The notes under the pieces: generated by a model
What the model was told of the DNA's origin: nothing
Database searches by the model: none
What the model saw: the letters and a program-made list of their open reading frames with translations, nothing else
Part shown: positions 17,683 to 25,492 of the stretch, piece after piece
How the letters are laid out: the number at the start of each line of letters is the position of its first letter
Position numbering within the stretch: position 1 is the first letter of the stretch
From: a virus
Lineage: Duplodnaviria > Heunggongvirae > Uroviricota > Caudoviricetes
Length of the DNA: 64,000 bases
Strand: one strand, 5' to 3'
Virus record (IMG/VR): IMGVR_UViG_3300020034_000006
Coordinates: 1-64,000 of that record
Position numbers and translations under genes: made by a program

Positions 17683-17887
17683 CAGCGGGTCGAGCCGATG
17701 TCATGTGCTTCACGCTGCTGTCGGAGAGCGACACCACTTCGGTGGGGTCTGGGCCCCACTGCTCGATCACGGCTGGCACGTTCGTGTCCCGCGTCCTGAT
17801 GACAATCGCCGGGCAAACCACGTCGTTGCCGGGGCCGTTGTCGATCTTCGAGCGGTAGATGACGATGCGTCCGATGGTGGGCTTCAT
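17549..17887 (-). CDS. Hypothetical protein
   Basis: ORF 17549..18028. The internal start MKPTIGRIV at 17887 gives an ATGA overlap with the SPFH gene stop. Confidence 0.4.
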   Translation of the reverse strand: MKPTIGRIVIYRSKIDNGPGNDVVCPAIVIRTRDTNVPAVIEQWGPDPTEVVSLSDSSVKHMTSARPAGVLNELPDDDTVDLAVFGLGKTYREYAISKGDQPGQWQWQEQGG

Positions 17888-18891
17888 CACTCGCCGGCCG
17901 GGATCGGTAGCTGAAGGATCGAACTCGGGTCGTCCGGTACGACCACGACATTGCCGTTCTCGCTCATCTTGCTGAGTGCATCGATCCACTTGCTGATGAG
18001 CACCTGCGCGTTGAGGCGGTTCTGACACTTGTCGTTCGGAACCGGGATGACCTCGACCACCTCGACGTCCTCGCCGGCCACCTCCTGGGTAGCGGTGCGA
18101 GTGGTGGCACCACAGCGCTGGATCTGATCGGCGTCGGCCTGGGCCTGGGCCTCGGTCCTCGTGGTGTTGGCCTCGATGCGAGCCCGGTTCAGGTCAGCCC
18201 GAGCTTCCTCGACCAGCGCTTGGCTCTGGTTCACTCGGTCGAGCGATTCCTTCACCGAGGGCGGGAGGTTGATGTCGCCCACCTCGACCCGTTCGACGTC
18301 GACCTCGGTCAGCTCGGCGTCCAGGCGACGGGTCAGCTCTTCTTGCAGGTTGTCGCGCTGGGTGCTGATCTCGAAGGCGTTGTAGCCCGAGGCGACCGTG
18401 GCGGTGACGTCACGCAGCGCCAGGCGGAGGCGGTTGTCTTCGAGCTTGGTCTGATCGCGATGCTCGTTGTCGAGCGCAGCGATCTCCTTCTTGCCCCCAG
18501 GGATGTTGTAGACGAGCGCCACGTTGACCGAGGCGTCGTTGCCGAGGCTCGGCACGGGCACGGCAGGCCCATCGAGATCCTCGCCGTCGCCGGCCAGCTC
18601 GATGCGCTGAAGGCGGGTGTTCCAGGTCTCTCGCTTGTTCCACGGAGCGGTCCAACCGAAGCCCGGAGTGGTGTCGACATCGAGCACATCGCCGCCGGCT
18701 CCGCGGATGAGCACAGCCTCGCCGGTCGACTGGGTGTAGGAGCCGGATATGCCGATGAGCATCACGGCGAAGAACAAGATGATGAAGCCACCGAGGCGCA
18801 CCATCGTCTTGTCTCTGCTGGGTACACCAGGGGCAATCACACATACAGCCCCGATGAGGGCGACGAAGATTGCAAGTACGAACCAGAACAC
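17887..18891 (-). CDS. SPFH/band-7 (prohibitin/HflC-like) membrane protein
   Basis: N-terminal TM helix, then an SPFH-like core. Long Glu/Arg/Ala-rich coiled coil (EARADLNRARIEANTTRTEAQAQADADQIQR) and a C-terminal tail. Confidence 0.6.
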   Translation of the reverse strand: MFWFVLAIFVALIGAVCVIAPGVPSRDKTMVRLGGFIILFFAVMLIGISGSYTQSTGEAVLIRGAGGDVLDVDTTPGFGWTAPWNKRETWNTRLQRIELAGDGEDLDGPAVPVPSLGNDASVNVALVYNIPGGKKEIAALDNEHRDQTKLEDNRLRLALRDVTATVASGYNAFEISTQRDNLQEELTRRLDAELTEVDVERVEVGDINLPPSVKESLDRVNQSQALVEEARADLNRARIEANTTRTEAQAQADADQIQRCGATTRTATQEVAGEDVEVVEVIPVPNDKCQNRLNAQVLISKWIDALSKMSENGNVVVVPDDPSSILQLPIPAGE

Positions 18892-18896
18892 TTAGT

Positions 18897-19214
18897 TCAT
18901 TCTCCTCTTTCGTTGTAGAACGCCCTGACTAGGCGCTCCGCTTCAACCCGGTCCTCGATGGTGAGAATCGGGATGGCGCGGTCTTGTTGGAGGATTCGTT
19001 CGATCAGCCGCGTTGATTGCTGGGAGTGGCTGTAGAGAGCCAACAGCTCGGTTGGCCGAACTAGATCGGCACCGATCTTCACGAGGGTCTGACGCCTCCA
19101 TCTAGACCTGAACACCGACAACCACACAGATGCCAACCCACCAAGCACCAGGCAGGCGATAACCAGCTTCAACGTCATTCGCCGTACCCATCGTCTGTGG
19201 TGAGGTCGGCCCAC
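18897..19214 (-). CDS. Small single-TM membrane protein, possible partner of the SPFH protein
   Basis: 105 aa with TM LVIACLVLGGLASVWLSVF. Stops 6 nt before the SPFH start. Confidence 0.4.
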   Translation of the reverse strand: MGRPHHRRWVRRMTLKLVIACLVLGGLASVWLSVFRSRWRRQTLVKIGADLVRPTELLALYSHSQQSTRLIERILQQDRAIPILTIEDRVEAERLVRAFYNERGE

Positions 19215-19423
19215 GTGTCGCTGTTGAACAACGGTTCGTCCTCAACGAACAGGGCGTACAAGAGGTCTTCGACATCTACGCCCATGCCACCGGCCATTGT
19301 CTTGAGGTCTTCGACGTGGTTGCCGGTTGCCGGCACGCCGACTATCGCCAGCATGTCGGCCATTCCCTCGTCGCCGACCTCGGCATAGAGGATGGTGGCA
19401 ATGTCCTCGTCATCGAGGCTCAT
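19175..19423 (-). CDS. Hypothetical acidic protein
   Basis: 82-aa ORF, highly acidic. Confidence 0.4.
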   Translation of the reverse strand: MSLDDEDIATILYAEVGDEGMADMLAIVGVPATGNHVEDLKTMAGGMGVDVEDLLYALFVEDEPLFNSDTWADLTTDDGYGE

Positions 19424-19766
19424 CCGTCACCTCGATCACGCCGGCCAGCGCTAGTAGGCGGAGCCCGTCCTCGACGGTCATGATGAAGTAGTGCTCGCCG
19501 ACGTTCGTCTTCTTCGGCCGCTTGGCGATGACTGCTCCGAAGCGGGCACCACAGGCCCGCTTCTCTTCTTCCATCTGATCGACCCACTCACCAAGGCGCC
19601 ACGTGCGAGCGTTCTTGCACTCGGACACGAAGTCGGGGCTGGTGTGAACATCGCCGGAGTTGTTGCCGCGCTTGGCTCGACGGGCTCCATGGATGCCGAA
19701 GGCGACGCAGTACTTGGCATAGGCCCGTTCGTATTCGTCACCCTTGAGGCGCGACGTGTTGCTCAT
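19410..19766 (-). CDS. PD-(D/E)XK nuclease, Holliday-junction-resolvase-like (Hjc/RecU-type)
   Basis: GDEYERAYAKYCVAFG ... GDVHTSPDFVSECKNAR follows the E...D...E-x-K arrangement of archaeal-type resolvases. Confidence 0.5.
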   Translation of the reverse strand: MSNTSRLKGDEYERAYAKYCVAFGIHGARRAKRGNNSGDVHTSPDFVSECKNARTWRLGEWVDQMEEEKRACGARFGAVIAKRPKKTNVGEHYFIMTVEDGLRLLALAGVIEVTDEPR

Positions 19767-20419
19767 ACCGGAATCCCCAGTCGCGAGGAGACCCAGTGGC
19801 TCTCTGCCTCCCAGGCAACAGCGACGTGCTCGGCCTCGGTCAGTTCGAGGAGAGGGACCTCGTACGACTCCGCCAGTGCTTCCGCTTGAGCGGATAGCTG
19901 ATAGAAGGGCCTGAACTCGAAGTAGCGTTCATACCTGATGAACGTGTCTGGCCCATAGAGGCCAGCGATCTTGGCCTTCTCAGCGCGATAGCCGTTCTCG
20001 TGGGGCCATACCTTGCCTCCGAGCAACACCTTGCCCATGACGCAGTCGTGGCCCATGTTGGAGAGCGCACCGGTCAGGGACTTAAGGGCATAGATGCCGC
20101 AGCCGTGCCCAACCACGCCCGGGTTGGCGGACTTGTCACCTAGACATGGCGGGCCGTCGCAAGCCGGCATTGCCCGTTCATAGCCCCGTTGGAAGGAGTA
20201 GAGCTGGCCGCTCTCCATACATGGCAAAGCCGTCATCTCTGGTTCCCACGAGACACCGAACGACAGCGCTCCGAGAGTCAATGCGCGGTTGCCGACAGCA
20301 CCCCCAACTCGCCAGCACCGGTAGGCCTCGATGGGTTCGGCTAGGTCGTAGAACGTCGTCATTCCGGACACTTCTTCCCAAGAGGGCAACTGCTGTGCGT
20401 CTGGTTGAGCTGTTGGCAC
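19763..20419 (-). CDS. Hypothetical protein
   Basis: 218-aa ORF with no recognised motif. Confidence 0.45.
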   Translation of the reverse strand: MPTAQPDAQQLPSWEEVSGMTTFYDLAEPIEAYRCWRVGGAVGNRALTLGALSFGVSWEPEMTALPCMESGQLYSFQRGYERAMPACDGPPCLGDKSANPGVVGHGCGIYALKSLTGALSNMGHDCVMGKVLLGGKVWPHENGYRAEKAKIAGLYGPDTFIRYERYFEFRPFYQLSAQAEALAESYEVPLLELTEAEHVAVAWEAESHWVSSRLGIPV

Positions 20420-20580
20420 GTTGCGCAGAGAACGGCGTCGTCTCCGAGGACGATCCAGGACGCGCCGGTCATGTCCTCACCACAGAAGGCACGGTCCCCG
20501 TCGATGCAACAGACAAGGTGGACGAGGTCGTCATCCGCATCCGCATAGGCGTCGAGTGGTCTCTCTAGAGTCGCTGCCAA
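20359..20580 (-). CDS. Hypothetical Cys-rich small protein
   Basis: 73 aa with CCIDGDRAFCGED...CATCQQ...CPLGKKCPE. Confidence 0.35.
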   Translation of the reverse strand: MAATLERPLDAYADADDDLVHLVCCIDGDRAFCGEDMTGASWIVLGDDAVLCATCQQLNQTHSSCPLGKKCPE

Positions 20581-20771
20581 TTGAGTCCTCCTCTCGGTCC
20601 TCTGATCTGCACTTGCACGAACTCACGACGTATGACGTACAAGCCACCCGTGCGGTCATCTCTGATCGCAGCATCGGAGACGTCTTCGTCGTATCGGGCC
20701 CGGGGATTCATGATGAGCCCATAGCGCCAATGCTTGCCTTCGACCCCCGGTCGCTTGAAGCGCGCTCTCAC
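20565..20771 (-). CDS. Hypothetical small protein
   Basis: 68-aa ORF. Confidence 0.35.
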   Translation of the reverse strand: MRARFKRPGVEGKHWRYGLIMNPRARYDEDVSDAAIRDDRTGGLYVIRREFVQVQIRGPRGGLNWQRL

Positions 20772-21028
20772 TTCAGTTCGCCACTGATATAGAGAAGGTG
20801 TACGTCCTTCATCGCTTGGAGCAGGTCACCGGAGTCGAGGTAGTGCTTGGAGACAGCGATGCGCACAGGGTGAGCGTCTTGCGGGGAAACAACTGCCTTC
20901 AGCCGGCAGGCCTCTTCCTCGATCTCCATGTGCCGTTTGAACCCATCGAAGTGACTGCAAGCCAGGCTCGCTAACACCAGAGGCAAGCTGCTGATTTCAG
21001 ACCCCATGATCTGCCTCGACTTGGTCAC
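20768..21028 (-). CDS. Hypothetical small protein
   Basis: 86-aa ORF. Confidence 0.35.
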   Translation of the reverse strand: MTKSRQIMGSEISSLPLVLASLACSHFDGFKRHMEIEEEACRLKAVVSPQDAHPVRIAVSKHYLDSGDLLQAMKDVHLLYISGELK

Positions 21029-22379
21029 ACCACCCCTCGATCAAGTCGAGCTGGATGTTGGTGAGGCCGCCCTCGGTCAGCGTCGGCATGTTGCGCGGCC
21101 AGAGGGCAAGCAGCGCTTGCTTGGCGGGAGGGTCCTGCACGATGGAGGAGACCCGCTCGCGCAGGCCCTCTTCGCGATCGGCCGAAGGAGTCGGGACAGC
21201 GTCAGCGGTGATCTCAGTGAAGAGGTGCTTGCCCCTTCCCGAGCGGAGCTGACGCACTTCCATCGACTGGTTCAGGATGCGCCAACCTTCAGCGATGTTG
21301 ACCTTGTAGAGCTTTGGCTCTTCGTCGGTCTCTGCCGGCAACCACATCACGAGAGCGATCTCTCGGTTGAATGGCGGCAAGGGCAGCCACTTCTTGGCCT
21401 GCCTGTCCCAGACGTACTCCCCGTTGGCGTAGCCGGCGAGCTGCTGGGCGATCTTGACCTTGGCGTAGTCGAGCGAGCCGGTTTTGAGGTCGTAGATGAT
21501 CCGTTCCCGCGAGTGGGGCCACTCGGCCCCACGGTCTGTCGATCCGCAGAGACCAAGATCGGGCAGGCAGACAATCGCCTCGATCAGCTCCGGAGGGAAC
21601 TTCAACTGATGCTGAGCGACCGCCGTCTTGTAGCGAATGATCCGGTCACGGTGCTCGGGTGGGATGCGTACTCCGACGTCACCGCGGTCGACCTTCTGTG
21701 TCAGCTTGTGCAGCGTCGTCCCGATGTTCGCCTTGCGGGTAGCAGCGGCCCGCTGCTCGGCCTGTTTGATCACATCGTTGAGCGTGTCCTTGTCGTCAGC
21801 GTTCTCTGCTGACATGGCAAGGTTGACGAGGTCGGGGCTGATGGCGAGTCCATAGGCCACCATCCGCGACTTGTAATCAATGAGGCCGTACTTGTCTTCG
21901 AGAGCGTCCGCCGCTGTCGTCATCCGAGTCCAGTGCATCAACTTGCCGGTGATCGGATGCGGCAGTTCGTAGCGGTTCCATCTGTCTACGGGGATGTTCA
22001 CATCAACATTCCAAGGGTCCTTGAGATCAGCGGGTTCGAGATAAAGACTTGTGTTGCAGTCCTGGCAGGGACGCTCCTTGGTGGCTGGCCATTGCCACCC
22101 ACACGAGGGGCACCGGCAGCTACGGCAGGCGTTCGGGGGCGCGCCTAAGCCGTCCCACTGCCAAGCGCAGCGCTTACACGTTGGGATGTTGTGACGCGGA
22201 TTGACGCAGGCGTCCTGGTTCACGCACTCGGTAGTACCGATAGTGAACTGACACCAGGGCGTGCCATCGGGCGCGTAGGCGCGCTGATCCAATGGTCCTG
22301 GTCGTTTGGCTAGCTCTTCCTCTGCTCGCTGTATCCCGCGAGCCTCAGGGCTCGTGGTTGAAGAGGTAGAGCGGTCCAT
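20997..22379 (-). CDS. RecB/Cas4-family PD-(D/E)XK exonuclease with an N-terminal Cys cluster
   Basis: RIIYDLKTG is the (D/E)xK motif and QLAGYANGEY the QxxxY motif. The N-terminus (CKRCAWQW...CRSCRCPSCGWQW...CQDC) is a zinc-binding region. Confidence 0.65.
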   Translation of the reverse strand: MDRSTSSTTSPEARGIQRAEEELAKRPGPLDQRAYAPDGTPWCQFTIGTTECVNQDACVNPRHNIPTCKRCAWQWDGLGAPPNACRSCRCPSCGWQWPATKERPCQDCNTSLYLEPADLKDPWNVDVNIPVDRWNRYELPHPITGKLMHWTRMTTAADALEDKYGLIDYKSRMVAYGLAISPDLVNLAMSAENADDKDTLNDVIKQAEQRAAATRKANIGTTLHKLTQKVDRGDVGVRIPPEHRDRIIRYKTAVAQHQLKFPPELIEAIVCLPDLGLCGSTDRGAEWPHSRERIIYDLKTGSLDYAKVKIAQQLAGYANGEYVWDRQAKKWLPLPPFNREIALVMWLPAETDEEPKLYKVNIAEGWRILNQSMEVRQLRSGRGKHLFTEITADAVPTPSADREEGLRERVSSIVQDPPAKQALLALWPRNMPTLTEGGLTNIQLDLIEGWCDQVEADHGV

Positions 22380-22430
22380 CGCAGACTGCGTCTGCGAGTG
22401 CCGTTGGCGTTAGAGCATTCGCAAGAACAC

Positions 22431-22565
22431 TCAGACGGGCGTCGGCACTCGCTCCGGCTCGCGCTCGGGCTGCTGAACCGGCACTTCTTCCTTCTTCGGC
22501 TCAGGGAACTCCCACGTGGCTGGCACCGAGATGGGCTCTGCCGCGGGCTTACCGATCTGCGTCAT
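22431..22565 (-). CDS. Unlisted small ORF (44 aa, Pro/Glu-rich) with an AAAGAGG RBS
   Basis: Hand-translated: MTQIGKPAAEPISVPATWEFPEPKKEEVPVQQPEREPERVPTPV. Alternative coding in the 345-bp gap between the exonuclease and HicA-like genes. Speculative. Confidence 0.2.
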   Translation of the reverse strand: MTQIGKPAAEPISVPATWEFPEPKKEEVPVQQPEREPERVPTPV

Positions 22566-22724
22566 GGCTGGCCTCTTTCAGTAGAAGTCGTTCGATCAGA
22601 AGGCGGGCGCTGCGCATTACCTTCCTGCACGAGCTACAGCTCGCATGGTCAGCGCCATCAAGTAACCCGGCGACGATGACCCCAGGGTCATCGCCGTACA
22701 GCTCTGATGCGTCTACCGTCATGC

Positions 22725-23216
22725 TCATCGCCTCACCTTCTCGTGTGAGCGAAGTGATCCCCGAGCACGCCCCGCAGCGTCTCGGACACGCCGGTAAACA
22801 ACAGGGTCACGATCGCCGTTGCAGATGGTGTCCTTGAGTACTCGTGCTTCTCCGATAAGCTGGTCGAGGGAGGCCAACGCCTCCTTCTTGGTCACGACCC
22901 GCTGGGAATGCGTCTGGGTCCTGAACCGAGGTCTGTTCCTCTTCTGGATCGGAGCGATTTGAGACCGCAGCGCCGCGTACGTCATCCCGAGCACCTTGGC
23001 GTTCCAGCGCATGAGAACCTTGGTGACCAGGGTTCTGTCATCCATGCAGCGCAGGACGCGGCCGTCGGGCATCTCCATCGAGACATGCGAGCCGGTCTGC
23101 CTGACGAACCGAGCCCCGTACTCGCGCTCGAAGTAGCGGCGCAGCTCGGCTCCGGTGAACGGCTCGACCCCGTCGCTCACGACCCCACCTTGAACAGGCG
23201 GAACCAGCCACCACAT
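22725..23216 (-). CDS. HicA-fold (YcfA-family, mRNA-interferase-like) domain protein with a basic C-terminal extension
   Basis: ELRRYFEREYGARFVRQTGSHVSMEMPDGRVLRCMDDRTLVTKVLMRWNAKVLGM matches the HicA pattern (G-f-x-v-RQ-GSH ... dl-x-g-tl-x-IlkqAGl). About 70 extra C-terminal residues are rich in R/K. First gene of the leftward operon, divergent from the repressor. Confidence 0.5.
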   Translation of the reverse strand: MWWLVPPVQGGVVSDGVEPFTGAELRRYFEREYGARFVRQTGSHVSMEMPDGRVLRCMDDRTLVTKVLMRWNAKVLGMTYAALRSQIAPIQKRNRPRFRTQTHSQRVVTKKEALASLDQLIGEARVLKDTICNGDRDPVVYRRVRDAAGRARGSLRSHEKVRR

Positions 23217-23415
23217 CCCTTGTGGCGGCCGTCCTCGATCGGCAGGTACGTCGTGGGACCTCTAGGAGTGAGGCGCGCTGTACCTGTTGCCTTGCAACGC
23301 CTGCATTGGGCGAGCAGGGACGCGGTGGGAACTCCCCCGGAGCCACGGGGTCGGCGGCGACGCACAGACGGCACTGCTGTTCCCCTCCTCCCAGGTTCGG
23401 TCTCATCGGTACGAT

Positions 23416-23430
23416 GCGATACCGTATCAT
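23416..23430. promoter_or_regulatory. Operator copy a (GCGATACCGTATCAT)
   Basis: 12-bp core CGATACCGTATC (GATAC-N-GTATC inverted repeat) in the divergent HicA-like/repressor intergenic region. Confidence 0.5.
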
Positions 23431-23520
23431 GGCGATTTTCCCTGGTCAAACGCTACGGCCACGGTATGCGGTCGATGTTTTGGCGGAGAGAACGGTGACA
23501 TCGGGCTCGTTGCAAAGCTC

Positions 23521-23537
23521 GATGCGATACCGTATGT
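23521..23537. promoter_or_regulatory. Operator copy b (GATGCGATACCGTATGT), 12 nt upstream of the repressor ATG
   Basis: Same core with one substitution. It shares the extended GATGCGATACCGTAT with copy a. Confidence 0.5.
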
Positions 23538-23548
23538 TGGATCACGAT

Positions 23549-23977
23549 ATGACCATCTCTGAAATGGAGTCCGCGGCAATGACGCTCGACCCGACGCTCG
23601 ACCCGAGTGCTCGCATTACTCAGCGCGGCTTGGAGCTGTCGGAAGCACTAGGCGCGCTTATCGCCGAAGAGCGCAGGGCGCGCAAGTGGAGTCAGACAGA
23701 ACTAGCCGACAAGCTCGGCATGCGTCAGTCCACCCTCGCCACCTACGAGAGTGGAAGCCGTCAGCTCGGGCATCTGCACGTGCACATCATCGAGGCGCTT
23801 GGTGTCGCCTTGGAGATGCCACGGGGCTCGATCCTGGAACGGCTCGGCTTGGTCGAACGCGACATCGACTTCATCACCTTCGTGATGTCTCGACCAGAGC
23901 TGGACAAACGCATGCAGATGGCGTTCTGCGATCTCTACGTGCTCTTCACGGAGAAGGGCGAGTTGCCAGAGGGCTAG
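23549..23977 (+). CDS. XRE-family HTH transcriptional regulator, candidate immunity repressor
   Basis: HTH segment RKWSQTELADKLGMRQSTLATYESGSR. The ATG at 23549 is in frame with the 23222 ORF and lies immediately after operator b. 142 aa. Confidence 0.65.
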   Translation: MTISEMESAAMTLDPTLDPSARITQRGLELSEALGALIAEERRARKWSQTELADKLGMRQSTLATYESGSRQLGHLHVHIIEALGVALEMPRGSILERLGLVERDIDFITFVMSRPELDKRMQMAFCDLYVLFTEKGELPEG

Positions 23978-24046
23978 CGAGAGAGTAGGGTCGCTCGTTA
24001 CCAGCCCTCGCGGGCGGGTTTCGTGAGGCTGGGGTGGCTGGTCATT

Positions 24047-24113
24047 GGCGGCCCTCTCACCAGAGAACTTTGGACTTACTCATCCTTTGTCCCAGGGGTC
24101 TCTCTCGGTGAGA
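24047..24113. terminator. Long-range 13-bp inverted repeat CGGCCCTCTCACC ... GGTGAGAGGGCCG between convergent genes
   Basis: Read directly from the sequence. It sits after the repressor stop and after the stop of the 24129..24377 minus-strand gene. Confidence 0.4.
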
Positions 24114-24128
24114 GGGCCGCTGCTGCTG

Positions 24129-24377
24129 TCAAGGCAGGAACACGTCCACCATGGACATGAGGTTGCCGGCTTGACGGAAGAGCGAGAAAGCCCTCCGCAT
24201 CATCTCGTTCTGGGAGCGCAGGTTCTCGACGTGCTCTTCGAGCATGCCAACGCGTATGCCCTCCGCTTTCAATAGCAGTTCGAGCGCGTCGACACGCTCG
24301 GCGAGTTCCAGTTCGTCCGCCGCCATCGCCTCTGGGGCGGGGGCGTGTCGTACATCATTGTCCACCACGGCCACCAT
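24129..24377 (-). CDS. Hypothetical small coiled-coil protein
   Basis: 82-aa ORF. Plausible but weak RBS. Confidence 0.3.
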   Translation of the reverse strand: MVAVVDNDVRHAPAPEAMAADELELAERVDALELLLKAEGIRVGMLEEHVENLRSQNEMMRRAFSLFRQAGNLMSMVDVFLP

Positions 24378-24532
24378 CTTCGGTCCACCCTCAGGTCAAG
24401 ATCAGGTTTCCCCCAGGTGGCTCAGTCTGCCAGCGGCCATTCTAAGAGTCAAGCGATTGCGATGACGAACGTTCTCCCAGCTCAGGGCACAAGTTACCCG
24501 GTGGTTGCAAGAGCCCCGGCTATTACGATACG

Positions 24533-24937
24533 GTGTCGCTCGTGAGCGCTGCTCGGTCGCCTCTAGGTGAGGCCATCCGCTGGGCCTACCAGCAGGCCGG
24601 CCTGAAGCAGAGTGATGTGGCCAAGGCCCTGCACGTCCATCAGACGATGGTCTCGCAGTGGACGGTCGGCAGGGTCGAGCCGAGCCTCGATCAGATCCGC
24701 CTAATCGAGCAATTCTGCCGAGTCCAGATCGGAGCAGTCCTCGCTCGGGCTGGCTACATCTCCGTCGAGGCAGCCCTCGATCACGTCAAGGAGGTCTTCC
24801 GCGCTGGCAGTGTCGTCCCCGATCTCAGCCGCCAGGATGTTCGCGAGATCATGAACCTCGCCCTCCCCGAACACACCAAACTGAACCTCGTCGCCCACCT
24901 GCAAGGCGATAAGGATCTGACCCAGGCTGTCGGGTAG
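24533..24937 (+). CDS. XRE-family HTH DNA-binding protein
   Basis: LKQSDVAKALHVHQTMVSQWTVGRVEPSLDQIRLIEQF is a canonical HTH_XRE pattern. 134 aa. Confidence 0.6.
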   Translation: MSLVSAARSPLGEAIRWAYQQAGLKQSDVAKALHVHQTMVSQWTVGRVEPSLDQIRLIEQFCRVQIGAVLARAGYISVEAALDHVKEVFRAGSVVPDLSRQDVREIMNLALPEHTKLNLVAHLQGDKDLTQAVG

Positions 24938-25492
24938 GGGTGCTGTCGTAGGGGGCGCGGTCGTAGTAGGCTGCGTCGCAGTTACCGGAGGCCGCGTGGG
25001 TGTGGCAGTCGGGGGAGCCTTCGCCGGGGGCTCCCCCGCTCCGGTCAGAGAGGTCGTAGTCGGCAGTGTGGGGGGTGTCGTGGTTGTTGGCGCGGTCGTG
25101 GCCACAGCAGAAGCGGTAGGCGGGCTCGGCCGGGGCTCGGAGCTGTCGGGCCAGTCGTTGACCACAGCGGCCGAGCCGATGAGCGCCAGGGCCACGACGA
25201 CCCCGGTGATCCGCCTGTCTCGCCCAGCCTGGTTGGCGACCCAGCGAGCGGCAGGAACGACGTACACGGTCCGATCCCGAGGCTCGACCTCGGAGAGGAT
25301 GCGCTTGGCCTCGGTGGCCGCGCCAACCTCGGCATCGAGCACGTCGAGCGCCGACAGCACCCGCTCTTCGAGGGCCTGGACATCCCGAGCCGCCGCTTCG
25401 GCGGCTCGCATCGCCCGCGCAGCTATGAGGGCCGCCACAACCGCCACAGTGACCGCAACTACCACGGCGAGTGAAGCTACTACGTGCAGCAT
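24701..25492 (-). CDS. Membrane protein with a Pro/Thr-rich low-complexity region (the 3' 240 nt overlap the convergent HTH gene and may be a non-coding readthrough of the ORF)
   Basis: N-terminal TM LHVVASLAVVVAVTVAVVAALIAA, a coiled segment, a second hydrophobic stretch, then PT-repeats. The antisense frames here look like junk. Confidence 0.4.
   Translation of the reverse strand: MLHVVASLAVVVAVTVAVVAALIAARAMRAAEAAARDVQALEERVLSALDVLDAEVGAATEAKRILSEVEPRDRTVYVVPAARWVANQAGRDRRITGVVVALALIGSAAVVNDWPDSSEPRPSPPTASAVATTAPTTTTPPTLPTTTSLTGAGEPPAKAPPTATPTRPPVTATQPTTTAPPTTAPLPDSLGQILIALQVGDEVQFGVFGEGEVHDLANILAAEIGDDTASAEDLLDVIEGCLDGDVASPSEDCSDLDSAELLD

Noticed and set aside
21006-21812. 268-aa plus-strand ORF
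   Set aside because: Antisense to the RecB-like exonuclease gene.
22549-22728. 59-aa minus-strand ORF ATGA-coupled to the HicA-like gene (possible antitoxin)
   Set aside because: Too small for a HicB (RNase-H fold about 110+ aa), and it uses several rare low-GC codons (gta, tta, cta). Kept only as a remark in the HicA finding.
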